DNA of 64,000 bases from an uncultured Actinomycetes bacterium (GTDB lineage: Bacteria; Actinomycetota; Acidimicrobiia; IMCC26256; DASPTH01): contig CAVPKG010000004.1 in assembly GCA_963705625.1 (NCBI GenBank), positions 613,018 through 677,017 of the forward strand, in the 5' to 3' direction. The notes below the pieces were generated by a model. That model did no database searches and was not told the DNA's origin. It saw only the letters and a list, made by a program, of their open reading frames with translations. Numbering within the stretch: the stretch's first letter is position 1; the number at the start of each line of letters is the position of its first letter. This document shows, piece after piece, positions 9,032 through 20,948 of this stretch. Both the position numbers and the translations under genes were made by a program.

Positions 9032-11772
9032 CTACCGCGAAATCGCGGCGCGAGCGAGCGCCACGAGGTCCCTGTCGGCCATCCCTTCGGCGCGTCGCCC
9101 CGCTTCGGCGAGCTCCGAACTGCTCGCCTGTGCGAGGACCCTCGCGTACGCGTCCACGGCAACCGAGAGCCCAACGGTCGAGTAGGAGGTCGCGTCGAAC
9201 TCAATTCCCTGTTGATCCGCCCACGCTCCGAGAATCAGTGCCGGCTCGTCGGCGTGCAACACGGCGAGAACAAGCGAAAGGGACCGGAGCACGATGTTCC
9301 GAGAATTGCGGTCACCGGCCCATATCGCGCGTTCAGCTGCCGCGACGAGCGTTTCCGACGCAGCCCGGTAATCACCCTCGGCAGCCTGGACAATGGACAA
9401 GCTCTGCATCGCAAAATCCGTTGCGTACTGATGACGCACGCTCAACGCGTACGCGGCCGCCTCCTCGAGACAGCGTCGGGCGCGTTTGGCGTCGGTGTGG
9501 CTGACGACCCTCGCGAGCAGCAGCAACGAGAACGCGAGGCGCGATGGGTTACCAGTTTGGCGTGCACACTGGAGTGCTTCCTCGCTCGCGGTGATGACAC
9601 CCTCGGGTGCGCGCCACGAGCGCAGGTTCAAGGCTTCGGTGAGGAGGTAGGGATCGCCGAGTCGACGGGCCTCGACCACCAACTCTTCGCTGATCTCCAT
9701 CGTGCGGTCCGCGTTGACGGACCACGAGCTCAGCGCGCTGCAGAGTGCGCCCAACGCGGTGCACCGTGCCACCAGGCGATCGAGATCGCCGGGCAAGCGG
9801 CTGGCCGCCGCAACGGCCGCTTCGCCGAGTGCGATCGCGCGTTCCGGACCGGCAAGGCGCGCGCTGAACGACGCCGACGCAAGGGCGATGGGGCGTAGAA
9901 CGTGGTCCGACGCGCCCGGCATCGCGGCGGCCTCCTCGGCGAGCGCACCGAAGGGGTTGCCGACGGCGCTCGCCGAGATCGTGAGCGCGGCGACACACCG
10001 CAACGCGAGGTCGGTCTCGCCCGCGTTGATCGCCCATCGCAGCGCGGTCTGCAGGTTGTCGAGCTCCACCTCGACCCGGTCGACCCACTCGGGCTCGTCG
10101 GGCCCGCGCAGCCCGACACCGGCGTCCTCGGCGAACGATACGAAGTATTCGGCGTGGCGTCGCGCCGGCGCCTCGGCGTCACCGGACTCCTCGAGCCGTT
10201 CCCACGCGTAGTCGCGGATCGTCTCCAACAGCCGGTACCGTGTCTGGGTCTCACCCGGTTCGGCGACAACCAGAGACTTGTCGACGAGCCGGCTGAGCAC
10301 GTCGATCACGTCGAGCACGTCGAGATCGGCACCCGCAGCGAGTGCCTGGGCGGCGGCGAGGTCGAAGCTTCCCGCGAACAACGAGAGTCGATGGAGCAGG
10401 ACACGCTCGTCGTCGTCGAGCAGCTCGTACGACCAGTCGACCGCGTTGCGCATCGTCTGATGACGGCTCACGGCGGTGCGGCGGCCGCCGGTCAGCATCC
10501 GGAAGCGCCGATCCAGGTGCGCCGCGATCTCCGCCGGGGTCATGGATCTCCGGCGCGCGCCGCGGCCAGCTCGATGGCGAGCGGGATGCCATCGAGTCGC
10601 CGGCACAGCACCGCGACGTCGTGCAGCTGCTCGTCGCTCGTCGACGTGCCCCCGGTCGCCTCGCCGCGCGCGCCAGGAACAGTTGCACGGCATCCGATGC
10701 CAGCAACGTGTCGCGGTCGGCGTCTGCACCGGGAAGCGCGAGCACCGGCACCGCGAAGACCCGCTCGCCGCTGATTCCCAAGCCCTCGCGGCTGGTGGCG
10801 AGCATCTTCAGCCGGGGTGCAACCGCCAGCGCCTCTTCGACGAAGGACGCGGCGCGGGCCACGAGGTGCTCGCAGTTGTCGAGGACGAGGACGAGCTGCT
10901 TGTCACGGAGATGGTCCAACAAGCTCTGACGCATCGTCGCGCCCTGGCGCTGCTCGACTCCGAGCACGGCCGCGACGCCGTCGTCGAAGAGCTCCTCGTT
11001 CCCGACGCCCGCCAGCTCCACCAGCCACGCGCCATCTCGATAGTCGGTGATGGCGTCGACTGCGAGCTGCACCGCAAGCCGCGTCTTGCCCACCCCGCCG
11101 ACTCCGGTCAGCGTCACCAGCGGGAACTCCTCGAGCGCTGCGGCGACTTCGGCGAGCTCCCGTGCGCGGCCGATGAACCGGTCGCGCGGCATCGGCAGAT
11201 TCCCGAGCAATCCGCCGATCGTTCGCACCGCGGGGAACTCGTCGGCGAGTCCCGGCGCGGATATCTGGTACACGCGTTCCGGGCGTGAGAGATCACGGAG
11301 ACGATGCTCTCCGAGATCGACGAGCGCTGCGCCCTCGGGCAGCAGGTCGCGCGACCAATTCCTCGGTCGCACGCGACACCAGTACTTGCCCGCCGTTCGC
11401 CACGCTCATGATCCGCGCGGCACGGTTGAGCGCCGTGCCGTAGTAATCGCCGTCGCGGTACTGGGCCTCTCCGGTATGGATGCCGATGCGTGCGAGCAGC
11501 GGACCCGTGACCCCCCATGGTTCCGCCGCGAGCGCCAGCTGTGCAGCAACCGCGGCATCGATCGCGTCGCGCGCCGTGGAGAACGCGGCGTGGAAGCCGT
11601 CACCCCTCGTCTTCACCACATGACCGCGATGGGTCTCGATCGCGTCACGGATGACAGCATCGTGACGCGCGAGCGCGCGTTGCATCTCGTCGGGCTGTTC
11701 CTCCCAGAGCCGCGTCGAGCTCACCAGATCGGTGAACAGGAATGTGACCGTCCCGGAGGGCAACTCGCTCAA
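9032..11772 (-). pseudogene. Class III adenylate/guanylate cyclase fused to STAND (NB-ARC-like) ATPase and helical-repeat domain; at least 3 frame changes
   Basis: Fragment 11293..11772 carries the cyclase motifs (FLFTDLVSSTRLW, KTRGDGFHAAF). Fragment 10251..11372 carries the P-loop TLTGVGGVGKTRLA and Walker B LVLVLDNCEH. Fragment 9032..10729 carries the winged-helix-like and TPR-like repeats. Frame switches fall near 11360 and between 10540 and 10660. Confidence 0.75.
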
Positions 11773-11840
11773 CGGGCCCCCTTTGGTGCAGGCTGCCCCC
11801 GCAGAGTAAGGCTTGACGGCGCCGAGGAGGCCGACGGCCC

Positions 11841-14403
11841 GTGTGGAAGGTCACGCTCAAGGGGCTCTTCGCCAAGAAGTTCCGACTGGCGCTGACCTCG
11901 CTGGCGGTCGTGCTCGGCGTGGCGTTCATGGCGGGCACCTTCGTGCTCACCGACACGCTCGGCAACGTCTTCGACGATCTCTTCGCGAATACGACGAAAG
12001 GCGTCGACGCAGTCGTCGCCGCGAAGAAGCCGTTCGACGCGGCTGGCGACAACGGAAGCCAGTCGACGCGGCCGCCGGTCCCCGATTCGCTCGTCTCGAC
12101 GGTGCAGTCGGTGCCCGGTGTCGATCGCGCCCAGGGGAACGTCCTCGGCTTCGCCTTGGTCGCAGGCCGGAACGGCGAGACCATCCAGAACCAGGCGCCG
12201 AGCCTCGGCACCGCCTGGTACCCACAGAAGACCTCGGTGAACCGGTCGCTCGACCTCATTCGCGGCCACCAACCGCGCGGCGGACGAGGTCGCGCTCGAC
12301 GAGAAGACGTTCGCCGACGGGAAGTTCAAGCTCGGCGAACGCGCCAAGATCTCGTTCCTCACGGTCCAGCCCCGCGAGTTCACCATCACCGGGGTCGTGG
12401 AATTCGGTGGCAAGGAGAACGGCCTCGCGGGAGCCACGCTTGCCGCCTTCATCCCATCGACCGCGCAGGAAGTGATGAACCGCGTCGGTCAGTGGGACCA
12501 GATCGACGTGCGCGGAGATCCGGGCCTCTCGGAGATACAAGTGCGCGATCGCATCGCACGCTCGCTCCGCAAGCGACGGATTGCCGTACCAGGCGATCAC
12601 CGGGGAGCAGTTCGCGAAGGAGCAGTCGAGCGACGTGAAGGGCAACTTGTCGTTCTTCAACACCCTGCTGCTGATCTTCGCGATCATCTCGCTCTTCGTC
12701 GGCGCGTTCATCATCTACAACACCTTCTCCATCACGATCGCCCAACGACTGCGCGAGCTGGGTCTGCTCCGATCGCTCGGGGCGAGCGGGCGTCAGGTGG
12801 TGGTATCGGTCGCGTTCGAGGCCCTCGCAGTGGGGCTCTTCTCGTCCGTCGTCGGCCTGTTGCTCGGCCTCGCCATCGTCAAGCCGCTCGAAGGGGCTGC
12901 TGAGCGCCTTCGGCATCGAGCTCCCGACCGGTCCGCTGCAGGTGCTGCCGCGCACGATCATCGTGTCGCTCGCGGTCGGCACGGTCGTGACCCTCGTGTC
13001 GGCGCTGGCGCCGGCTCGCCGCGCCGCACGGGTTCCTCCGATCGCGGCGCTCCGCGACCAGGCGATCGACGTGAGCTCGGGGCGCCGGCGTTACATCTGG
13101 GGCTTGACGGCTACGGTCGTCGGGCTCGGCGCGTTGGTGTTCGGGCTCTTCGGCGGTGCGTCCGGCAGCACCGCCGCACTCCTCACCGGAGTAGCTGCGT
13201 TCCTGGTGTTCATCGGCGTGGCGATGCTCAGCCCGCTCGTCGCACGACCGGCCGCGAAGGCACTGACGTGGCCGGCGGAACGACGCACAGCATCACCGGG
13301 ATCCTCGCGCAACAGAACGCGATGCGGAACCCGCGCCGAACCGCGTCGACGGCCGCCGCGCTCATGATCGGGCTCGCGCTCGTCACCTTCATCGCGATCT
13401 TCGGCGCGTCCGCCAAGGAGTCCTTCGCCAGTTCGATCGACGATCAGACCCACGCCGACTTCATCCTGTCCCCAAGAACTTCCAGCCGTTCAGTCCCGAA
13501 GCGGCAACGGCGGTGAGCAAGCAACTTCCCGGTTCGAGGGTGATCGAGTACCGGTTCGGCACCGTGAGTATCAAGGACACGTCGCACGCGGTGACGGGCG
13601 CGTCCGACGGCTTCACGAAGATGACCGACGTTGCGTTGCGACCCGGCGCGCGCATGGACCGATTCGCCGACGGCGGGCTACTCGTCTACAAGGACGTCGC
13701 TTCCGACGAGGGTTACAAGGTGGGCGACCGCGTCCGCGTCGAGTTCCCGCTCGGTCCGCAGACCCTCACCGTGCAGGGCATCTATAGCGACAAGAAGGCC
13801 CTGCCCGGGGGCGGGAACTACATCGTCTCGCTCGCCAACTGGAACGGATTCGCGGATCCGCTCGACTTCTACGTCGGTGTGCAGAAGCCACCCGGCGTGT
13901 CGACGCAGGAGGCCGCACGGGTCGTGAAGCGGGTGGCCGCCCGGTTCGGCGGTATCGAGGCGCAGAACAAGGCCGAGTTCCGCGACAGTCAGCTCGCCCG
14001 GTTCGATCAGGTCCTCGGCCTCATGTACGCGCTGTTGCTGCTCGCCGTCGTCATTGCGCTCGTCGGGATCGTCAACACCCTCGCACTGTCGATCTACGAA
14101 CGCACGCGCGAGATCGGGCTGCTCCGCGCGGTCGGCATGAGTCGAGTGCAGCTCCGGCGCATGATCCGCGGCGAAGCGCTCATCGTGGCGTCGTTCGGCG
14201 CGATCCTCGGTCTCGTCATCGGCGTCGTGTTCGGCCGGGCCATCGTGCAGGCTCTCTCCGACCAGGGCATCACGTTCTCCCTGCCCGTCGGCCAGCTGGT
14301 CGCGTTCATGATTCTCGCCGGGCTGGCCGGGCTGCTCGCGGGGGTGCTGCCGGCCCGGCGCGCCGCACATCTCGACGTGTTGCAGGCGGTCAACCGCGAG
14401 TAA
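11841..14403 (+). pseudogene. FtsX-family ABC transporter permease (about 850 aa, two FtsX domains, MacB/YbbP-like); 5 frame changes
   Basis: Joins fragments 11841.., 12397.., 12581.., 12942.., 12581.. again and 13513..14403. Switches fall near 12270, 12575, 12890, 13275 and 13470. The FtsX signature RELGLLRSLGAS / REIGLLRAVGMS occurs twice. The start is GTG. Confidence 0.8.
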
Positions 14404-14462
14404 CGAGTACCGCGTCCAGCGCAACCTAATCTTCGGCTGCAATCGTCAGCGGAGGCTGTGGA

Positions 14463-16008
14463 GTGACGGGAACGATCGCGGCGCCGAGCTCGCCCGTCGC
14501 CGAGGCGCCGGCGGCCGACGACTCCCGCGTCTCGCGTCGTGCGCTCGCCGTCGTTGCCGTCCTCGCGCTCATCGGCCTGGGGATCCGGATCTGGATCATG
14601 ACCGGGCGGCTCGGGGTCATCGACTCCGACGAGGCGATCACCGGCCTCATGGCCCGCCATCTCCTCGACGGCCAGTTCCGGGCGTTCATGTGGCGCCTCA
14701 GCTACCAGGGCACGATCGTCACGTACCCGGTGGCGCTCAGCTTCGAGCTCTTCGGCGCGAGCCGGTTCACGCTCGAGCTTCCCTACCTGGTCATGTCCGC
14801 CGGGGCCACGGTGTGCATCTGGCGCATCGGCGTGCGGTTCCTGCGCCCCTTCCAGGCCGTCTTCGCCGCGCTCGCGTTCTGGCTCTGGCCCGCGTTGTAC
14901 GTGTGGATCGGTGTCAAGCCGCTGATCTTCTACGTCCCCACGTTGCTCCTCGGCCTCGGCGTGATGCTCTGCGCCGTGCGCGCCGTCGAGCGCCCCCGCG
15001 GTTGGAGCGATTGGTGCGTGCTCGGCTTGCTGGCGGGCGCCGGCTGGTGGACGTCACCGAACATCGTGTACTTCGTCGTTCCGGCGGCGGTGTGGCTCGC
15101 CGTCTTCCACTGGCATTCGCTCTGGCCGCGTGCGTTCCTTGCCGTGCCGTTCGCGATCGTCGGCGCGCTGCCATGGATCTGGAACGACGTGAACTACGGC
15201 TTCGACTCGTTGCAGGCGAACTACGGCGCGCGTGGCAGCTACCTCGATCATTTCGGCTACTTCTTCACCCACGCGCTCCCCGCCGCGCTCGGGATACGCG
15301 CGCCCTTCACGGGATCGTGGATCATCGGCTTCGGCCACCTCGTCCTGTACGCGATCGTGCTGGGCCTGCTCGCACTCTCGGCGTGGCTCGGTCTGCGCGA
15401 ACGGTCGATCGCCGCGGTCGGGCTGCTGACGCTCCCGTTCCTGTTCGCGCTCGTGCCGGTGGCTTCCAACCTCGACAGCGACTTCATCGGGAACGGCCGC
15501 TACTTCTATTTCTTCACGCCCTTCCTCGCGCTCGGCGGTCGGACGACTCGCGCGGCCGGTCGCGCCGGCCTGGGCTCTCGCAGTCGCGCTCGCGGTGTCG
15601 AGCGTGTGGGGACTCGCGCGAATCGACGACTTCCGCGATGCCATCGGTGGCGGACCGCCGCTCGACCGCGTGATCGAGACGCTCGAGCGCCGTGGCCACC
15701 ACGAGGTGTTCGCGAGCTTCTGGGTCTCGTCGCGGCTCACGTTCGAGAGCGACGAGCGCATCATCGCGGTGCCCACCGACCTGGGTCCCAGCTTCCAGGG
15801 ATACGAAGACCGCGTGCGTCACGCGAAGCTGCCGGTTTACGTCACGACGCTCGACAAGGGCCCGTTCAATCCGCTCGCGGGTCTGCGGGAGCACGCGAAG
15901 CAGCAGGGGATCACGTTGCACGAGACTCGCGTCGGCGACTACCTCGTCGTCGTCCCGTCGAAGAAGATGCTCGCGCCGCCCGCGTTCGACCTGTCGTCGC
16001 GTCCGTAG
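14463..16008 (+). pseudogene. GT-C fold membrane glycosyltransferase (ArnT/PMT family 39-like); one frame change near 15540
   Basis: Fragment 14463..16091 is polytopic, with a first-loop DSDEAITGLMARHLL motif. Fragment 15595..16008 is a soluble C-terminal domain. Confidence 0.55.
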
Positions 16009-16032
16009 CCGCGGCGCGAGCTCGCCACGGGC

Positions 16033-16653
16033 TCACCCGACAACGACGCTCTTGCGGCGGAAGCTGTCGTCGTCGAGTTGCCGCAGGATGAACTCCGCGA
16101 CGTCGGCGCGCGACACCTTTGGCATTCCCTTCATGGGTAGGTGCTCACCGGTGCGGTACTGGCTGGTGCGGGGGCCGTTGGTCATGAGCACCGGGTACAG
16201 GAGCGTCCAGTCGAGGGTGCTCTCGCGGATGATCCGGTCTCCTTGCGCCTTGTCGGCGTAGAGCTGGCGGAGCGGGACCCGGAACGCGAACTTTTGCACG
16301 GCCGACGCGGTCGAGAACGTGTCGCCCACGCCGAACGCCGACATCCACACGAGCCGTCGAACGCCGGCCTGTTCCATCGCGGGGACGATCGCGGTGGCGT
16401 CACGGGTGATCACGCCGTGCGGTCGAAGTGCGCGCCCGACGCCGAGCGCGCTGATCACGGCATCGTGCCCGTCGACGGCGTCGGCGACCCCCGCAGTGTC
16501 GTCGATCTGCCCCACGAGCACTCGGATCCCGCCGTGGGTGGTGAGCTTCGCCGGATCGCGGACGAACGCCGTGACGCCATGACCCTGGTCGACGGCCTGC
16601 GTCACCAGCTCGCGCCCGGTGCCACCGGTCGCGCCGAAGATCAGGATCCTCAC
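16033..16653 (-). CDS. NAD(P)H-binding protein (NmrA / BVR-B-like atypical SDR)
   Basis: The last 206 aa of ORF 16033..17340, starting VRILIFGATGGTGRELV (Rossmann GxxGxxG). Its GTG at 16653 overlaps the TGA of the upstream thioesterase domain (GTGA). Confidence 0.8.
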   Translation of the reverse strand: MRILIFGATGGTGRELVTQAVDQGHGVTAFVRDPAKLTTHGGIRVLVGQIDDTAGVADAVDGHDAVISALGVGRALRPHGVITRDATAIVPAMEQAGVRRLVWMSAFGVGDTFSTASAVQKFAFRVPLRQLYADKAQGDRIIRESTLDWTLLYPVLMTNGPRTSQYRTGEHLPMKGMPKVSRADVAEFILRQLDDDSFRRKSVVVG

Positions 16654-19327
16654 GACGTCATTGTGGGTCGAGCGTCGAGGTCGGTGCGAGCACGATCGGC
16701 GTCGTCGAGCGCCCGCTCGAGCTCGGCGCCGAGCGTCGTCACGTAGGGGCGTCGCACCATGCTGTCGTGGTTGCCGGGCACCTCGATCGCGGTGACCGGA
16801 CCGCGCGCGAACGCGGACCAGCCGAGGTCGGCCTCGAAGGGCGAGTCGGCGACGCGCGTCACCAGGATCGGAGCCGGCCAACGTCGACGCCGGGTGGTAC
16901 GCGCGGGTCATGCGGCGCGCGTAGCGGAAGAAGAGGTGGTACTGGTGCAAGCTCCGACGTGGCACGATGCCCGCGGTCGCGAGCCGCGATTCGTTCCCGA
17001 GCGTGGAGTTGCGCGGCGCGGGCGGCCCAGCGCACTCTGGCTCGTCATGCCCGGTTTGTCGCGCCGGCTGCGCTCGCCGCCAGCCGTTCGCCCCGGCGTC
17101 AACATGACACTCGGGGCCGGTGTGTCGAGGACGGCAAGGAGCGCGACGCACTCGCCAGCCGCTTCGAGCACGCATGCCATCTCGAAGGCGACGAGGCCTC
17201 CGTACGAGTAGCCGGCGAGGAGATAGGGACCGGTCGGTTGGATGGCGCGGATCTCGGCGAGATGGCGCCGCGCCGCGGCTTGGATGCTGCGGTCGGGTCG
17301 AGCCGTCTCCTCGAGGCCTCGCGCCTGCACGCCGTAACACGCCCGATCGTCACCCAAGGCAGTCGGCGAGCGGCCGGAGCGACACCGCGGGGGAACCGCC
17401 GCCGGCCACGCAGAACAGCGGCGTCGACCGGGTCTCCGCCGGTCGCACTCACGAGCGCGACGACCGTTGCCGCGGTTCGCCGGCGACGCACCAGTCGAGT
17501 CGCGAGCGCGGTCACCGTCGGCGACGCGAGCACCGCGGTTGCCGACAGCTCGACGCCGAAGCGCTCGTTGATGCCGGCCAGGAGCTCGAGCACGGCGAGC
17601 GAGTCGCCGCCGAGCTCGAAGAAGTCGTCGTCGAGACCGACGTCGTCGAGGCCCAGGACCTCACCGAACAGCTCGGCGAGCTCACGCTCGCGTCCCGACC
17701 GGCTCGCGATAGGGACGAGCCGCCGGAGGCGGCGGGGGCAGGGAGCGACCGCGCGATCGATCTTGCCCCGCGCCGTGAACGGAAGGGCCTCGACCAGCAC
17801 GACTGCGGCCGGGATCATCGTCGACGGAAGGCGGGTGGCGAGGTCGCGGCGGATCTGCCACGCGCTCGGCGTCGCACCGGCGTCGGGGACGACGTACGCC
17901 GCGAGCCGAGTGCCACCGTCGGGCGCCGGGACCGGGACCACCGCGGCGCGCTCGACACCGTCGACGCCGGTCAGCGCGCGCTCGACCTCGCTCGGGCTCA
18001 CCATCGCACCGCGCACCTTCACTCGGTCGTCGGCGCGCCCCAGGTGTTCGAGCACGCCGTCGGGACGCCGACGGACGATGTCGCTCGAGCGGAACCCGCG
18101 CCGACCGTCGGGCAGCGTCGAAGAAGTACGCGGCCGTCAGCAGCGGATCGCGCCAGTAGCCCAGCGCTTGATGGTCGCTGACGACTTCGAGCGTGCCCGG
18201 CTCACCGTCGGGAACGTCGTCGCCGTCGTCACCGACGATGCGAACGTCGACCCACGGTTCGACCCGGCCGATCGGGAGCGGCCCGTCGTCCGCGTCGTCG
18301 GCCGCGGTGACCTCCCACGCCGCGGGCGACGCACCTTCGGTTGCGCCGAGCCGGTTCTGGAACACGGTGCGCGGGGCCGAAGCACGGGTCGGGCGCGTCG
18401 CACGTCCTGCGAGTAGAGCGTCTCTCCGCCGAGCGTGATCAGCTTCACGCTGTCCATGCGCGCGTCGGGCGCGACATCGACCAACGCGCGCAGCACCGAC
18501 GGCACGAGTTGCAGGACGGTGATCCGCTGTGCGGCGACCCACGCCGCGAAGTCTCGCAGGCCTTCGCTGCGGAGGTGGCCGGGACACGCGGTTCCACCTC
18601 CGAAGAACGCACCGAGCCCGCGCGACGTACGCGCCGACGAACCCGAACGAGCCCGTGATCGCCACGCGGTCGTCCGGCCCGATGTCGTTCGCGTAGGCCA
18701 CCACGAGGCCGTGGCGGACGAGCGTGTCGTGGTCGCGCACGACGCCCTTGGGTGTGCCGGTCGAACCCGACGTGAAGAGCACGAGGGCGAGGCGTGCCGG
18801 GTCGACGTCGGGCAGCTCACGGTCTGGCGCAGTTGGCGTACGACGTCGTGGAGCTCGACGATCGGTGTGCCCACGGCGATCGCTTCGGCGATCGTGCACG
18901 GTGGAGCGGTGGGTGAGCACGAGCGACGCTTGCCCTTCCCGAGCCACGAACGCGAGTCGCTCGACCGGGTCGTGCGCGTCGAGCGGGATCGCCACCCGAC
19001 CGGCGGTCATCACGCCGAGGACCGAGACGATCCCGTCGATTCCGCGATCGACGACGACCGCAACCTGGGCCCCGCCCGGTCGGATCGTTGGCGTCGACGG
19101 CGCGCGCGACCGCGCTCTGTCGCGCGCAGCAGCTCGGCGTAGGTCAGGCGGCGTTCACCGTCGTCGATCGCGATCCGATCCGGCACCGCTGCCGCCACTT
19201 CGCGGAGCGCGTCCGGTATCGATCGGACGCGCGGCTCGCCGAGCACGGGGCTTCGGAGCCACGGTCTACCCTCGACGCCGGGAAGATCACCCCCGCGCGC
19301 GTCCGCGTCGGTTCGCACTTCGATCAC
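16650..19327 (-). pseudogene. Single-module NRPS-like enzyme, adenylation - peptidyl carrier - thioesterase (A-PCP-TE); at least 6 frame changes
   Basis: Joins fragments 19010..19327, 17682..19013 (LVLFTSGSTGTPKGV), 18137..18874, 17099..18055 (VKVRGAMVSPSEVE; carrier motif FFELGGDSLAVLEL), 16908..17357 (TE GYSYGG) and 16650..16862 (GNHDSM). The intact paralogue at 1..1150 shows where the frames break. Confidence 0.8.
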
Positions 19328-19359
19328 GGTACAGCGGCGGCCGGAGTAAGTTCGCCGCG

Positions 19360-20130
19360 ATGGAGACGATCCGGATCGAGCGCAGCGACGGGATCGTGAC
19401 GGTCATGCTCGACCGTCCCGAGAAGCGCAACGCGATCAACGCGCAGATGTCGCTCGAGCTCCTTGCGACCTTTCGGGAGATCGCGGCAGAGCCCGCGGAT
19501 CGTGTGCTCGTGCTCACCGGCGAGGGCGGCGCGTTCTGCTCCGGTGCCGACCTGACCGGCGGCGACGGCCGGGACGTGCACGCGCTGGTGTCGATGCGCA
19601 GCATCGGCGCGGTCGCGCTCGCGCTCCACGGCATGCCCAAGCCCACGATCGCGAAAGTGCGCGGCGTCGCGGCCGGGGCCGGGTGCAACATGGCGCTCGC
19701 GTGCGACCTCGTCGTCGCGTCCGAGGATGCGCGCTTCACGCAGATCTTCGTCAAGCGGGGGCTGGTCGTCGACTTCGGAGGCTCGTGGCTGCTGCCGCGT
19801 CTGATCGGCATGCAGCGCGCGAAGGAGCTTGCTTTCTTCGGCGACTTCGTGTCGGCGGCAGACGCGCGCGACCTCGGGTTGGTGAACCGGGTGCTTCCCG
19901 AAGCAGATCTCGACGCGTTCGTCGACGAGTGGGCCGGGCAACTGGCGGCCGGACCCCCGCTCACACTGTCGATGACGAAGGCGCTGCTCAGTCACAGTTT
20001 CGAGACCTCGATCGAGCAAGCGCTCGAGGACGAAGCGCGTAGCCAGGCGCTGTGCATCTCCACTGACGACACGCGTGAGGCGATCAGGGCGTTCGTCGAG
20101 AAGCGCCCGCCGGTGTTCCGCGGTCGCTGA
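19360..20130 (+). CDS. Enoyl-CoA hydratase/isomerase (crotonase) family protein
   Basis: 256 aa starting at METIRIERSDGIVTVMLDRPEKRNA. The oxyanion-hole segment is GEGGAFCSGADL. It is intact. Confidence 0.85.
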   Translation: METIRIERSDGIVTVMLDRPEKRNAINAQMSLELLATFREIAAEPADRVLVLTGEGGAFCSGADLTGGDGRDVHALVSMRSIGAVALALHGMPKPTIAKVRGVAAGAGCNMALACDLVVASEDARFTQIFVKRGLVVDFGGSWLLPRLIGMQRAKELAFFGDFVSAADARDLGLVNRVLPEADLDAFVDEWAGQLAAGPPLTLSMTKALLSHSFETSIEQALEDEARSQALCISTDDTREAIRAFVEKRPPVFRGR

Positions 20131-20142
20131 TCACTCCGTGGG

Positions 20143-20899
20143 TCAGCGGGCGGTCCAGCCGCCGTCGACGACGAGCACGTGGCCGGTGCAATAGGTGGAG
20201 GCGTCGCTCGCGAGGAAGAGGAGAGCGCCGTCGAGCTCGTGCAGGGCGCCGAAGCGTCCCATCGGGCAGTTGCGGGTGATGTAGCGGCTCGAGCCCTCGT
20301 CGGCGATGACGGGGTCGGTGATCTCGGATGGAAAGAAGCCGGGTGCGAGCGCGTTGACCCGCACGCCGTTGCGTGCCCACTGGCACGCCAGCTCTCGGGT
20401 GAGGTTGATGACGGCACCCTTGGACGCGCAGTAGGCACTCGAGGGAAACGGTGTCGACGCGACGAGACCGTTGATCGATGCGACGTTGATGACCGAACCG
20501 CCACCCCGTTCGATCATCTCCCGAGCCGCCGTGCGAGCGAGATCGAACAGTCCGACGAGGTTGACGTCGAGCACGTACCGGAAGTCGTCCAGGGACTCGT
20601 CGAGCGCTCGCGCGGTCACGCCGTGGCCCGCGTTGTTCACCAGGATGTCGACGCTGCCGAAGCGCTCCGAGCGCGGCCGTCACGATGCTCCGGACCTGCT
20701 CGCCGTCGGTCATGTCGGCCGTCACCGGCACGACGCCGGGACACTCCTCGGCAAGCGCCTCGAGGTGCGCGGTCCGGCGTGCCGCGGCCACGACGTGTGC
20801 CCCCTGCTCGTGGAGGACCTGGGCGAATCGACGACCGAGGCCGCTCGAGGCGCCGGTCACGATCGCGACCCGGCCTTCGACCGAAAACAGGTTGTCCAT
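20143..20899 (-). pseudogene. Short-chain dehydrogenase/reductase (classical SDR); one extra base near 20667
   Basis: Joins fragments 20084..20899 (VAIVTGASSGLG) and 20143..20640 (NNAG, YCASKGAV). Removing one base restores ...TAALERFGSVDILVNNAG. Confidence 0.8.
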
Positions 20900-20948
20900 A
20901 TGCTCTGTCTATCGCGTCGGCCGCTCCCATCGAACAGACTGGACTGCC

